From contig CAWDGM010000005.1 in assembly GCA_963801895.1 (NCBI GenBank), positions 231,385 to 295,384 of the forward strand: 64,000 bases of DNA. The letters are read 5' to 3'. A program made the translations under genes and the position numbers. The notes beneath the pieces are model-generated. The model searched no databases. It was not told the origin of the DNA and worked only from the letters and a program-made list of their open reading frames with translations. Below, one piece after another: positions 38,036 to 47,553 of this stretch; the stretch's first letter is position 1; each line of letters opens with the position of its first letter. This DNA is from an uncultured Acidobacteriota bacterium. GTDB taxonomy: Bacteria > Acidobacteriota > Terriglobia > Terriglobales > Acidobacteriaceae.

Positions 38036-40893
38036 TTAGATACCCCTTCAGGCTCGGTTATGTAATACGCGGATTCGGCTGGGCGAACTACCCTTGGAAT
38101 CCACAGCGGACGGCGCAGGCCTCCGGGTCCGGGAGCAGGACGCGTGAGCGCTTTCCACCTTTGATACACCGCGAATGAGAGATTGGTGTCGACGAAGATG
38201 TCGCCGTAGCGGTCGTCTGGTCCAGCCTTTTCGACGCGCACCATCTGATGCCAGCAATGCATTCCGCTGACGGGGTCGGGATGGACCGGGAACGTGATGT
38301 CCTGATGTACACCGGAATCGCTCCACCACACGCGATTCGTGTCCGGATCAGGGCTGTCGTACGGCGACACGCTTTCGATCTGGCGCATCTTCCACTGGCC
38401 TTTGCCAATTTCTTTCAGGTCGACCCACGCGCTCGACATGCGTTCGATTTGTTCTTCTTTGTTTACGCGCCAGCGGCCAAGGTGATGCGAGCAGGCAACG
38501 ACTCCCGGAGTGAGACCCTCTGTGACCCAGGCGTGAAGAACGAAATAGCCGATCTCGGTGTGGACCTTGATCAGGTCGCCAGTACGGGCGGCTAGCCGTT
38601 TTGCATCGACCGGGTTCAACCACAGCGGATTTTTGTGCGAAATCTCGTAAAGATATTTCGCATTGCCCGAACGCGAGTGGATCAGATTCGGAAGACGGAA
38701 GATTGGGAGCAACGTATAGACATCGCCGTGCGCGTCTTTCGGCCATTCCACAACCGGCGCATATTTCGGATCGAACTCTAGAGATGGCTGTCCGAGCGAT
38801 GCCGCTTGTGCGGAGTTATGAATGTGGCTGCGATAGTATTCGGGCAGCGTGAACTCGGGCCAATTCCAATCAGCCATCGTCTTCGAGAAAAGTTCGAGCT
38901 TACGCGAGGGGGTGTTGTAGCCGGCCACTGCCTTGTCGCCGACCATCACCCCGATTGGCTTGCCATCTTTAGTGACCACATTGTTGGTCTCGACTTTTGT
39001 CCCCGCTAGATCGGCAGCGGAGAGCGGCTTCTCATTCTGCTTGTACACATCGCGCGTGACTTCATATGCGCCGAACTTACGCATGTACTGCAGTGGAGTG
39101 AGTCCTTCGCTTTTTGCCTTTTCAGGCAGGCCTGGGACGGAATTGTCGAACATCCAGCCGTAATACTCGTCGAGAGTAAGTTTTTTGCCGGGCTGATATG
39201 GGGATTCGAAGTATTGGCGAATTCCCATGGATCCATCGGGATCGATCGCCCAAGAGAGGTTGAGCCAGAATTCATCCTCCTCCCAGACTTCGCCGGGGTT
39301 GGACTGATAAGTGTACTCAAACTTCTCTCCGGCCCGTTCGCGAACGACGCGATTGACGGGCTGGCGGAAGCCAATCCATCGACCTGCATAAGATTCCTGG
39401 CTCATCAGGTCGTGGCGCTCGGAACTGTATCCCATGGGCAGAACATAGTCGGCAAACCACGCGGTCTCACTCCAAGTGGGCGTAAGCGCGGCATGCAGGC
39501 CGAGTTTCTCTTCGTCGCGCAACATCTCAATCCACGAGAAGCCGTCAGGATAGGTCCACACAGGATTGAACACACGCGTGAAGTAGGCTTCGATCCGGCC
39601 GCGACCTTCCTTTAAAAAGTGAGGAAGCAGGAATGACATCTCGTGGGTACACAGCGGCCATTCTCTCGGATATAGCAACTCGTTCCAGCGCTTCTGCGGT
39701 GGCGGAGATTTGTAGGGCTTGGCAACAAATTTGTTCCACGCATTCAGGTTGTGTCCGCCTTCGGTACCCACCGAACCTGTCAGCACATGCAGGAGCATGA
39801 GCGCACGCGCAGGCTGCCATCCGCCCAGATTTCCGGACGCGCTGCCTCGCCACAGATGCGAGGCAAAGCGGCTGCCTGCCGTGGCAATCTCGCGCGCGAT
39901 CTTGACGATGACCTCAGCCTTTACTCCGCTTTCTTTCGCAGCGAACTCAGGTGTGAACTGCGCGTAGTGTTTCTTTAGAGCTTCGATCGTGGCATCGAAA
40001 GTCTGCCCGCGCGCCGTGAAGCCGTCCACTTCGAGCTCTTCCCAGTTCGTCCACGTCTTCATGAACGCGGCATCGAAGCGCTTCTCCTCAAGGATCACCT
40101 TGGCCATTGCGAGTAGCACCGCCGCTTCGGTGCCGGGATACGTGGGCATCCAGTAGTCGGCCATGCTGGCGGTGTTTGAGAGCCGGGGATCCATAACGGC
40201 CAGTTTTGCCCCGGACATTTTGCCTTCGATGATGCGCTGCGCGTGAGGATTGAAGTAGTGTCCCGACTCGAGGTGAGCAGACATCAGCAGAATGAATCGT
40301 GCGTTCGCATGATCGGGCGATGGCCGATCGGCGTGATGCCATAGCAGGTAACCGAGGCGCGCGGATGAAGAGCAGACATTGGTGTGTGAATTGTGCCCGT
40401 CGATACCCCACGCCTGCAGTGTTCGCTCCATATAGAAGTCGGCACCCGGCCGGCCAACGTGATACATGACTTCCTCGCCGCGGCCTTCCTGAATCGCTCT
40501 GCGAATGCGTGTGCCAAACGTTTCTAGGACTTCATCCCAGGACGTGCGCGCCCACTTTCCTGAACCGCGCGGTCCGCTGCGTTTCATCGGATATAAGACT
40601 CGATCGGGATCGTGAATCTGGTTGATCGTGGCCGGACCCTTTGCGCAAAGCCGACCTCGGCTGGAGGGGTGCATCGGATTGCCTTCGAACTTTGCAACCT
40701 TGCCAGTTTCTTTGTCGATGTAGGCCAACAGACCGCAGGCGGATTCGCAGTTGAAGCAGACGGTCGGAACCAGTTGGTAGTGTTTTTCGACGCGACGCGG
40801 CCACTCGTCGGGATCAAGTTCGACCCAGTCATCCCATTTTTCGACGGGAGGACAGTATGCCAAGTGGCTGCCGTCGCGTTTGAAATCGGTCAT
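38032..40893 (-). CDS. molybdopterin (bis-MGD) oxidoreductase catalytic subunit, no Tat signal
   Basis: About 953 aa from ATG 40893, which follows AGGAGAG. N-terminal FeS motif CFNCESAC..(x)..CAKG. No hydrophobic Tat-type leader. Confidence 0.9.
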   Translation of the reverse strand: MTDFKRDGSHLAYCPPVEKWDDWVELDPDEWPRRVEKHYQLVPTVCFNCESACGLLAYIDKETGKVAKFEGNPMHPSSRGRLCAKGPATINQIHDPDRVLYPMKRSGPRGSGKWARTSWDEVLETFGTRIRRAIQEGRGEEVMYHVGRPGADFYMERTLQAWGIDGHNSHTNVCSSSARLGYLLWHHADRPSPDHANARFILLMSAHLESGHYFNPHAQRIIEGKMSGAKLAVMDPRLSNTASMADYWMPTYPGTEAAVLLAMAKVILEEKRFDAAFMKTWTNWEELEVDGFTARGQTFDATIEALKKHYAQFTPEFAAKESGVKAEVIVKIAREIATAGSRFASHLWRGSASGNLGGWQPARALMLLHVLTGSVGTEGGHNLNAWNKFVAKPYKSPPPQKRWNELLYPREWPLCTHEMSFLLPHFLKEGRGRIEAYFTRVFNPVWTYPDGFSWIEMLRDEEKLGLHAALTPTWSETAWFADYVLPMGYSSERHDLMSQESYAGRWIGFRQPVNRVVRERAGEKFEYTYQSNPGEVWEEDEFWLNLSWAIDPDGSMGIRQYFESPYQPGKKLTLDEYYGWMFDNSVPGLPEKAKSEGLTPLQYMRKFGAYEVTRDVYKQNEKPLSAADLAGTKVETNNVVTKDGKPIGVMVGDKAVAGYNTPSRKLELFSKTMADWNWPEFTLPEYYRSHIHNSAQAASLGQPSLEFDPKYAPVVEWPKDAHGDVYTLLPIFRLPNLIHSRSGNAKYLYEISHKNPLWLNPVDAKRLAARTGDLIKVHTEIGYFVLHAWVTEGLTPGVVACSHHLGRWRVNKEEQIERMSSAWVDLKEIGKGQWKMRQIESVSPYDSPDPDTNRVWWSDSGVHQDITFPVHPDPVSGMHCWHQMVRVEKAGPDDRYGDIFVDTNLSFAVYQRWKALTRPAPGPGGLRRPLWIPRVVRPAESAYYITEPEGVSK

Positions 40894-40910
40894 CGAAACT
40901 CTCCTTCGAG

Positions 40911-40960
40911 GTGTCGAGCGCAAGATGCGCTCGAGACAGCCGGCCGGACGCCGGCGCTAC
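40911..40960 (+). repeat. composite double-hairpin element, family B
   Basis: gtgtcgagcgcaagatgcgctcgag plus acagccggccggacgccggcgctac, in the spacer between the FeS-NrfD gene and the Mo-subunit gene. Confidence 0.85.
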
Positions 40961-42481
40961 TCAACTGTTGGGCACGCTTTGTCCTGCCATGACGAAGCAC
41001 CATTCAAAGACCAGAAGTCCGGTAACTGATAGGACCGCCGCAGCGCGGGTTATGAGATCTGCCGGCGAAATGGCCAGCATGAGGAGCGGCAAGAGTCCGC
41101 CCACTGCCACCGCTCCAATCCAGAACCACGACTTGAACGGGCCGTGCGTGATGAGGCGCGCGGCGTAGGCAGAATTGTCGGTGGAGTGCGGCATCATGAA
41201 TTCGGCCGCGACGATGAGCAGGTGCAGCGCTACCGTACCTAGCAAGGTGATTCTGGAAATAGGCATCGCGGCAGCGGAATCAATGGAAACAGGGAGCAAG
41301 GAAAGAACCGCAGCTCCGCACATGACAGTTTGCACGATCAAGTGAACGGGAAGAAGCGGGGTCTGCCACAAGTCGCGCCCTTCACATTGGCCAAAGAGAA
41401 ATGCGGTGTAGACCGCCGCCATGAAACCGACGAGAACCGTGGGCCACAGCAAAATCCTGGTGAGCATTGGGATACTGGCAACGGCCCCCAGCCAGAAAAG
41501 TCCAGCGAGTCCGCTGTAGGCAATGAGAATGAAAGCTCCGCGAGCGAGCCAGGATTTGCTCTGCGGAGTAAACACCACGCGCAAGAAACGTCCCTTGTGT
41601 TCGAGATCCCAAACCAAAAGCACGGTGGTGATGGCGGTGAAGAGCAGCGCGATGGTTGAGAGCAGGAAGTCACGTAGACGATCGCCGCTCATGACACCAA
41701 ACAGCATCGCGAACGCAGGGATAGCGAGTGCACCCGAGCCGATGGCCTTCGTCCAGCAATATGCCGGAACCTGCCAACCCCAGGGACGGGCGTGCGAAAC
41801 ATCGTAAGCGGCCAGCGCATTTTTCTGAAGAAGCGGGCTATCCGGTGGATAGAGTGCTCCCCCGCCGTGAATATGCTCATTGCGCTGCGACGACATGTAC
41901 GTCGGTTCGTGACGCGCTGCCGTTGGGACAATGGCGCTTTCGTCGCCATCGATGTAGTAGAGCTTGGGTCGGGTTCCCTGCTCCGGTTTGCGCACACGGA
42001 CGGGTTCACGGGCAAGAAGCTGCCCGATTTCGCCGTCGCACGCGTCGAGATCGCCGGCGATGATGGCATGCTCGGGACAAACAACGACGCACGCAGGCTC
42101 CAGGCCGACTTCCGTGCGGTGCGCGCAGTAATGGCATTTCGCCGCGGTACCGTCATCAGGATCGATGTAGATGGAGTCGTAAGGGCAGGCCTGCATACAC
42201 GCTTTGCAGCCAATACAGCGCTCGGCGCTGAAGTCGACAATTCCGTCTTTGCGCTGGTACATCGCGGTCACGGGGCAGATCGTGACGCAAGGTGGGTTTT
42301 CGCAATGATTGCAGCGCGTGACCTGAAAAACGCGGCGGGTGTTGGGATAGGCCCCCTTCTCGACATACTTCACCCAAGTGCGGTTTACAGTCAGCGGAAC
42401 ATGATTTTCGGTCTTACAGGCAACGGTGCAGGCGTGGCATCCGATGCACTTTCGGTTGTCGATGATGAATCCGTAGCGCAT
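40961..42481 (-). CDS. fusion protein: 4Fe-4S ferredoxin (NrfC/PsrB-like) domain plus 8-TM NrfD/PsrC-like quinone-interacting membrane domain
   Basis: Four Cys clusters (CIGCHACTVAC, CNHCENPPC, CIGCKACMQAC, CHYC..CVVVC) followed by about 8 TM helices. The start is ATG 42481 (MRYGFIIDN) or 42508. Confidence 0.88.
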   Translation of the reverse strand: MRYGFIIDNRKCIGCHACTVACKTENHVPLTVNRTWVKYVEKGAYPNTRRVFQVTRCNHCENPPCVTICPVTAMYQRKDGIVDFSAERCIGCKACMQACPYDSIYIDPDDGTAAKCHYCAHRTEVGLEPACVVVCPEHAIIAGDLDACDGEIGQLLAREPVRVRKPEQGTRPKLYYIDGDESAIVPTAARHEPTYMSSQRNEHIHGGGALYPPDSPLLQKNALAAYDVSHARPWGWQVPAYCWTKAIGSGALAIPAFAMLFGVMSGDRLRDFLLSTIALLFTAITTVLLVWDLEHKGRFLRVVFTPQSKSWLARGAFILIAYSGLAGLFWLGAVASIPMLTRILLWPTVLVGFMAAVYTAFLFGQCEGRDLWQTPLLPVHLIVQTVMCGAAVLSLLPVSIDSAAAMPISRITLLGTVALHLLIVAAEFMMPHSTDNSAYAARLITHGPFKSWFWIGAVAVGGLLPLLMLAISPADLITRAAAVLSVTGLLVFEWCFVMAGQSVPNS

Positions 42482-42716
42482 GCGGAAGGCGTGAGCCCAA
42501 GTTACCACTGAACTGCGGGGCAGCTTGAATATTGTAGCCGACCAGAGTTTTCAGGGGAGTTACTTGATTGAGCAGTGCACCGATTTTTTTTGCACGGCAT
42601 GTATAGCACTTTGGACGAGTTGCGCTCAGAGCTAAGCTACAATTCAGGTTGCGTTTCCAACGTCGATCGAGTGAACGTGTGCCGAGCGACGATCCTCGCT
42701 CCGTCTGAACCAACCT

Positions 42717-44522
42717 ATGGCTACTGAAACCAGAATCCGCAACGCGTCACCTTCCGACGACAAAAAGGCCTTTTACAACCGCTTTCTGTTGATCGTGGCA
42801 GGACTCGGCGGGCTGCTATACGGGGTGGATGTCGGGATCATTGCGGGAGCGCTGCCTTATCTTGAGGCGACCTCGGGTCTTACTCGGGGCGAACTCTCCA
42901 TCGTAGTGGCTGCGGTGTTACTGGGCAGCGTGTTTTCGACTTTGTTTGCCGGGCTTCTCGCCGATTGGATGGGGCGAAAAGCGCTGATGGCGATTAGCGG
43001 CGTGATGTTCGTCATTAGCATTCCGATGATTGCCTTATCTCACGGCTATTCCCCGCTGGTTTTAGGGCGCCTCTTACAGGGAACGAGCGCCGGTCTGATC
43101 GGAGTGGTGGTCCCACTGTATCTTGCCGAATGCCTGACTGCAGCGAACCGCGGCAAGGGAACTGGAATCTTCCAGTGGTTGCTCACCGCCGGGATCGCTA
43201 TGGCGGCGCTGATCGGTTTGCTATTCAGCTTCCGTCTAGATTCCATCTCAAAGTTAGCCGATGCGAGCGCAATCTTCGCTTTCAAGAATTCTGCATGGCG
43301 CGGCATTTTTTGGGTATCTCTCCCTCCCGGGATCTTATTCGTGATCGGAAGTCTCATGTTGTCGGAATCCCCCCGCTGGCTGCTGAAGCGCGGCCAAGAA
43401 AAAGCCGCATATGCAGCGTTACTGCGTTCGCGCACGAAGGAACAGGCAGATCTCGAATTTGGCGAGATGCAGGACGCCGCGATGTCCGATAATTCCACCG
43501 ATACCTCCGGAGTCAAAGTTAGAGACTCCCTATTTCGGCGAAAGTACGTGATTCCGTTTCTACTCGCCTGCGTCATTTTGGCGTGCAATCAGACGACGGG
43601 CATTAATTCGATTATTGCGTACAACACCAACATTCTGCTCCAGAGCGGACTTTCGGACCTTGCCGCGCACAGTGGATACGTCATTTTCACCTTTGTGAAT
43701 TTCTTTGTAACTCTCGTGGGTGTCGCTTTAGTGGATCGCAAAGGGCGGAAATTTCTGCTGGGGATCGGTACCGCCGGGATCATTTTGTCGATGGTGTTCA
43801 CTGGCGCGCTCTTTAGGCGTACTGAAAAGTTGGGGATAGACTCCAAAGCGGCTGTCCAGCAAATGGTCAGTGCAGACCAGACCGCCAGCCTCGTTTATAA
43901 CCAGGAACTCTCGAAGAAACTCCTGAAGGCCACAGGAAGCAGTTCGATAAGTGAAAATGTTCCGACCTCGCTGGTGGTCATTTACTCGTACGGCGACTAT
44001 CGGACCGCCAGTCAGGCTGTGAGGTCTGATGATCCAGTTGCCAAGGCCGTCGATATCAGGCGGGAAAATTGCGTCCCAGCTAACAAAATTGTGGCGTTTT
44101 TCTCAAATCCTTTTGGCAACCTGGATGCCGCCCGAGAAGCTCCGGTTCAGATCGAAAATGCGTTGATTACTCCTATACCGTCAGCCGGAAACGGCTGGAC
44201 CGTTGCCATCGCGCTTTTCGTATTTATGGCATTCTTCGCCGTGGGCCCGGGCGTCTGCGTATGGCTGGCGCTTTCGGAATTGATGCCGACCCGCATTCGT
44301 TCGAATGGGATGAGCATCGCGCTGGTTTTGAACCAAGCCGTCTCCACTACGATTGCCGCGATCTTTCTACCGACCGTCGGCAAGTATGGGTACTCGACGA
44401 TGTTCTTCGGATTTGCGGCGTGCACGGTGGTTTACTTTGTGACGGCGACGTGGTTCCTGCCGGAGACCAAGGGCAAAACTCTGGAAGAGATTGAGGCTCA
44501 CTTCGAAGGCTCGGCAGCGTAG
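42717..44522 (+). CDS. MFS transporter, sugar porter family, with a large extra loop
   Basis: 601 aa with the motifs GRKALM, SESPRWLLKRG, GPGVCVWLALSELMPTRIRS and PETKGKTLEEIE. Confidence 0.9.
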   Translation: MATETRIRNASPSDDKKAFYNRFLLIVAGLGGLLYGVDVGIIAGALPYLEATSGLTRGELSIVVAAVLLGSVFSTLFAGLLADWMGRKALMAISGVMFVISIPMIALSHGYSPLVLGRLLQGTSAGLIGVVVPLYLAECLTAANRGKGTGIFQWLLTAGIAMAALIGLLFSFRLDSISKLADASAIFAFKNSAWRGIFWVSLPPGILFVIGSLMLSESPRWLLKRGQEKAAYAALLRSRTKEQADLEFGEMQDAAMSDNSTDTSGVKVRDSLFRRKYVIPFLLACVILACNQTTGINSIIAYNTNILLQSGLSDLAAHSGYVIFTFVNFFVTLVGVALVDRKGRKFLLGIGTAGIILSMVFTGALFRRTEKLGIDSKAAVQQMVSADQTASLVYNQELSKKLLKATGSSSISENVPTSLVVIYSYGDYRTASQAVRSDDPVAKAVDIRRENCVPANKIVAFFSNPFGNLDAAREAPVQIENALITPIPSAGNGWTVAIALFVFMAFFAVGPGVCVWLALSELMPTRIRSNGMSIALVLNQAVSTTIAAIFLPTVGKYGYSTMFFGFAACTVVYFVTATWFLPETKGKTLEEIEAHFEGSAA

Positions 44523-44535
44523 ACAGGCGCAAATC

Positions 44536-44580
44536 GCGGGCGTGACGCCCGCTTGACAGCCGGCGGGACGCCGGCGCTAC
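44536..44580 (+). repeat. composite double-hairpin element, family B
   Basis: gcgggcgtgacgcccgc plus ttg plus acagccggcgggacgccggcgctac. Confidence 0.85.
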
Positions 44581-44588
44581 GACAGAAT

Positions 44589-45734
44589 ATGAATTCGAAT
44601 AAACAACAAGGAACTACAAAGAACGACTTCTCGCACGCGATGCGGCGGGAGATCTACGAGCAACCCACGGCGATTGCAAAGACCGTCCAGAAGCATCTCA
44701 AGGACGACATCATTTTTCCGGGCGAACTCGATCCGATCGAAGGAGCGCTGCTGACTTTCGAAAAGCTGATCATTGCAGCCAGCGGATCGAGCCGGCACGC
44801 GGGTCTCGCCGGGGAGATCATGATTGAAGATCTTTCGGGCGTGGCCGTTGATGTCGAGTATGCCAGCGAATACTGCTACCGTTCGACTCATGCGGCTGTC
44901 GAGCCCATCGTCATGGTCATCACGCAATCGGGCGAGACCGCCGATACCCTTGCCGCTCAGCGTGAAGCACTCACGCGCGGCGTAAAGACGATCGCTATCT
45001 CGAACATGCCCGACACGACGATCGTGCGCGAAGCAAGAGCGGCGCTGATCACTGGAGCGGGGCCAGAGGTTTCGGTTCCGGCGACGAAGAGTTTTACGAC
45101 GCAGGTTACGATTCTCTACTTGATGGCGTTGTTCCTGGCACGCAAGCGGGGACGCATGACATCCGAGGTCACTCGCACCTATTTGCAGCGGCTCATGCGT
45201 CTACCCGAAGCCATCGAAAATAACCTGCCTGTGTGGGATCGCCTGGCGGAAGAATACGGTTCGGTGCACTTCAAGGCCGAGAAATTTCTCTACCTTGGCC
45301 GCGGCGTCCACTATGCGATTGCACGCGAAGGCGCATTGAAACTCAAGGAGATCTCCTACGCCCATGCAGAAGGGTATCCCGCCGGGGAATTGAAGCACGG
45401 GCCGAACGCGCTGGTGGATGAGAAGCTTCCGGTCGTTGTATTGGCGACTTGCGACCATCAGGATCCGGATTCGGTTCTGCGCTACCGCCGGACACTGGAA
45501 GTCATGAAAGAGGTCCGATCAAGGAAAGGGCCTTTGATCACGGTTGCGACAGAGGGCGACAAAGAAGTTGAGGAATTTACCGATCACGTCTTTTATGTGC
45601 CCGCGTTTCCCGAGTTGCTACTGCCGATCCTGGAAGTCATCCCGTTACAACTGTTCGCCTACCATATCGCGGTCAACAAGGGTGTTGACGTAGATCATCC
45701 AAGAAACCTCGTGAAGGCGGTGGTTGTGGAATGA
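44589..45734 (+). CDS. SIS-domain sugar isomerase/deaminase (GlmS isomerase-domain-like, no glutaminase domain)
   Basis: Start moved to ATG 44589. Two SIS domains and a GlmS-like C-terminal end (..DHPRNLVKAVVVE). Confidence 0.85.
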   Translation: MNSNKQQGTTKNDFSHAMRREIYEQPTAIAKTVQKHLKDDIIFPGELDPIEGALLTFEKLIIAASGSSRHAGLAGEIMIEDLSGVAVDVEYASEYCYRSTHAAVEPIVMVITQSGETADTLAAQREALTRGVKTIAISNMPDTTIVREARAALITGAGPEVSVPATKSFTTQVTILYLMALFLARKRGRMTSEVTRTYLQRLMRLPEAIENNLPVWDRLAEEYGSVHFKAEKFLYLGRGVHYAIAREGALKLKEISYAHAEGYPAGELKHGPNALVDEKLPVVVLATCDHQDPDSVLRYRRTLEVMKEVRSRKGPLITVATEGDKEVEEFTDHVFYVPAFPELLLPILEVIPLQLFAYHIAVNKGVDVDHPRNLVKAVVVE

Positions 45735-45886
45735 TTTTTCGCGGGGCATGACCAGCACTTTTTTCCAGTCTGCTGATCTTCGACAAATCCGCGAGTTGCC
45801 TGAGATCTTGTAGGTGGTACTCCCCTAACACACAAGGCATTGCGGTTAGCCTGTTACAATTTCCTATCGATCAGTTCAGCAGATTT

Positions 45887-45936
45887 CCCCTTGCTCGGCC
45901 TTCGCTTCGGCTATTGTCGCGCGTCGGAATGACAAG
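45887..45936 (+). repeat. intergenic repeat, family C variant
   Basis: ccccttgctcggccttcgcttcggctattgtcgcgcgtcggaatgacaag. Confidence 0.65.
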
Positions 45937-45976
45937 AACGAAAGATGCGTGGCTGATCCCCTTATAAAAAAGCGCC

Positions 45977-46444
45977 ATGAAATGCCCTTTTTGCGGATTT
46001 GCAAATGACAAGGTAGTGGACTCTCGCGAGAGCAAGGAAGCCGAATCTATTCGGCGCCGGCGCGAGTGTCTGAAGTGCGGGAAGCGCTTCACGACCTACG
46101 AACGAATCGACGAGATTCCATATATGGTCGTCAAGAAAGACGGCCGGCGCGAGAAATTCGACCGCCAAAAAGTGTTGAATGGACTGCTCCGAGCCTGTGA
46201 GAAGCGGCCGGTTCCGATCAGTAAACTGGAACAGATCGTGAATGAGGCAGAGTCGTTTGTCATCGACTCCGCCGAGCGCGAGCGCAAGACGAGCGAACTC
46301 GGCGAACTGATCATGAATCGCCTGCGTCGTTATGACAAAGTGGCATACGTTCGATTCGCCTCGGTGTATCTCGATTTCAAAGATGTAAAAGAGTTCATGA
46401 ATGAGTTGAAGGATCTGGTGAAAGTGAAAGGCGCACAAGGCTGA
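45977..46444 (+). CDS. nrdR: transcriptional repressor NrdR
   Basis: 155 aa beginning MKCPFCG..CLKCGKRFTTYE (zinc ribbon), followed by an ATP-cone domain. Confidence 0.95.
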   Translation: MKCPFCGFANDKVVDSRESKEAESIRRRRECLKCGKRFTTYERIDEIPYMVVKKDGRREKFDRQKVLNGLLRACEKRPVPISKLEQIVNEAESFVIDSAERERKTSELGELIMNRLRRYDKVAYVRFASVYLDFKDVKEFMNELKDLVKVKGAQG

Positions 46445-46512
46445 GGCGCAAGCGCCTTCACACTCACCACTGTTGATACATCCAGCGGATTCCCCAAGAG
46501 GACAAAGGTTTT

Positions 46513-47547
46513 ATGGCTCATAAAGTAACGCTGATTCCCGGCGATGGAATCGGACCCGAAGTTACCAAGGCAACGGTGCGGATTCTGGAAGCGACCGGAG
46601 TCAAATTTGAATGGGAAACATTCGCGGTTGGCGCGGAAGCCTATGAGAAGTCTGGTCAGTACATTCCGAAGGAGTTGACCGAATCGCTGGAACGTACACA
46701 CGTTGGGTTGAAGGGGCCGGTCACCACTCCAGTGGGCGAAGGATTTCCCAGCATTAACGTTGCGTTGAGGAAGAAGTTCGAGCTTTACGCGAACTTTCGC
46801 CCGATTCGCAATTTGCCCCACATCCCGACGCGATACCCGGATGTCGATCTGATCATCGTGCGCGAAAATACCGAGGGCCTTTACTCCGGACTCGAACACG
46901 AAGTCGTGCCTGGAGTAGTGGAAAGTCTAAAAATCATGACGGAAAAGGCCTGCACCCGGATATCAAAGTTCGCCTTTGACTACGCGCGGAAGAACGGGCG
47001 CAAGAAGATCCACGCCATTCACAAAGCGAACATCATGAAGCTGTCGGACGGTCTCTTCCTCCGTTGTGCACGCAATGTCGCGAAGGACTATCCGGAAATT
47101 ACCTACGGCGAGCACATTGTCGACAACACATGCATGCAGCTGGTGATGAATCCGTACCAGTACGACATGTTGGTGATGGAGAACCTGTACGGGGACATCC
47201 TCTCGGATTTGTGCGCCGCCTTCGTAGGAGGGCTAGGGTTCGTGCCCAGCGCAAACCTGGGCGATAACTGCGCAGTATTCGAGGCTGTTCATGGCTCGGC
47301 GCCGGATATCGCTGGAAAGAATCTGGCGAATCCCACGGCGCTGCTGCGCTCTGCCCTGCTGATGGTTCGGCACCTTGGCGAACACGAGGCGTCCACGCAA
47401 ATTCGCAATGCCCTTGAACGCGTCTACCGGAACCGCGAGAAGCTCACCCGTGATATCGGCGGCAAGGCCGGCACCTCAGAATTCGCCGACGCCGTCATCG
47501 AAGAAATGGAAAAGGCCAAAACAGCGGGTGCTGCCCAGGCCCAGTAG
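46513..47547 (+). CDS. isocitrate/isopropylmalate dehydrogenase family enzyme, most like NAD-dependent isocitrate dehydrogenase
   Basis: 344 aa with the motifs TLIPGDGIGPEV, IVRENTEGLYSG and NLYGDILSDL. Confidence 0.88.
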   Translation: MAHKVTLIPGDGIGPEVTKATVRILEATGVKFEWETFAVGAEAYEKSGQYIPKELTESLERTHVGLKGPVTTPVGEGFPSINVALRKKFELYANFRPIRNLPHIPTRYPDVDLIIVRENTEGLYSGLEHEVVPGVVESLKIMTEKACTRISKFAFDYARKNGRKKIHAIHKANIMKLSDGLFLRCARNVAKDYPEITYGEHIVDNTCMQLVMNPYQYDMLVMENLYGDILSDLCAAFVGGLGFVPSANLGDNCAVFEAVHGSAPDIAGKNLANPTALLRSALLMVRHLGEHEASTQIRNALERVYRNREKLTRDIGGKAGTSEFADAVIEEMEKAKTAGAAQAQ

Positions 47548-47553
47548 TGCGGC

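Noticed and set aside
40894-40923. An upstream extension of the Mo-enzyme ORF (MRSTPRRRVS..) as a possible twin-arginine signal.
   Set aside because: No hydrophobic h-region or AxA cleavage site follows the Arg run. The extension lies within the family-B repeat. ATG 40893 has a good RBS.
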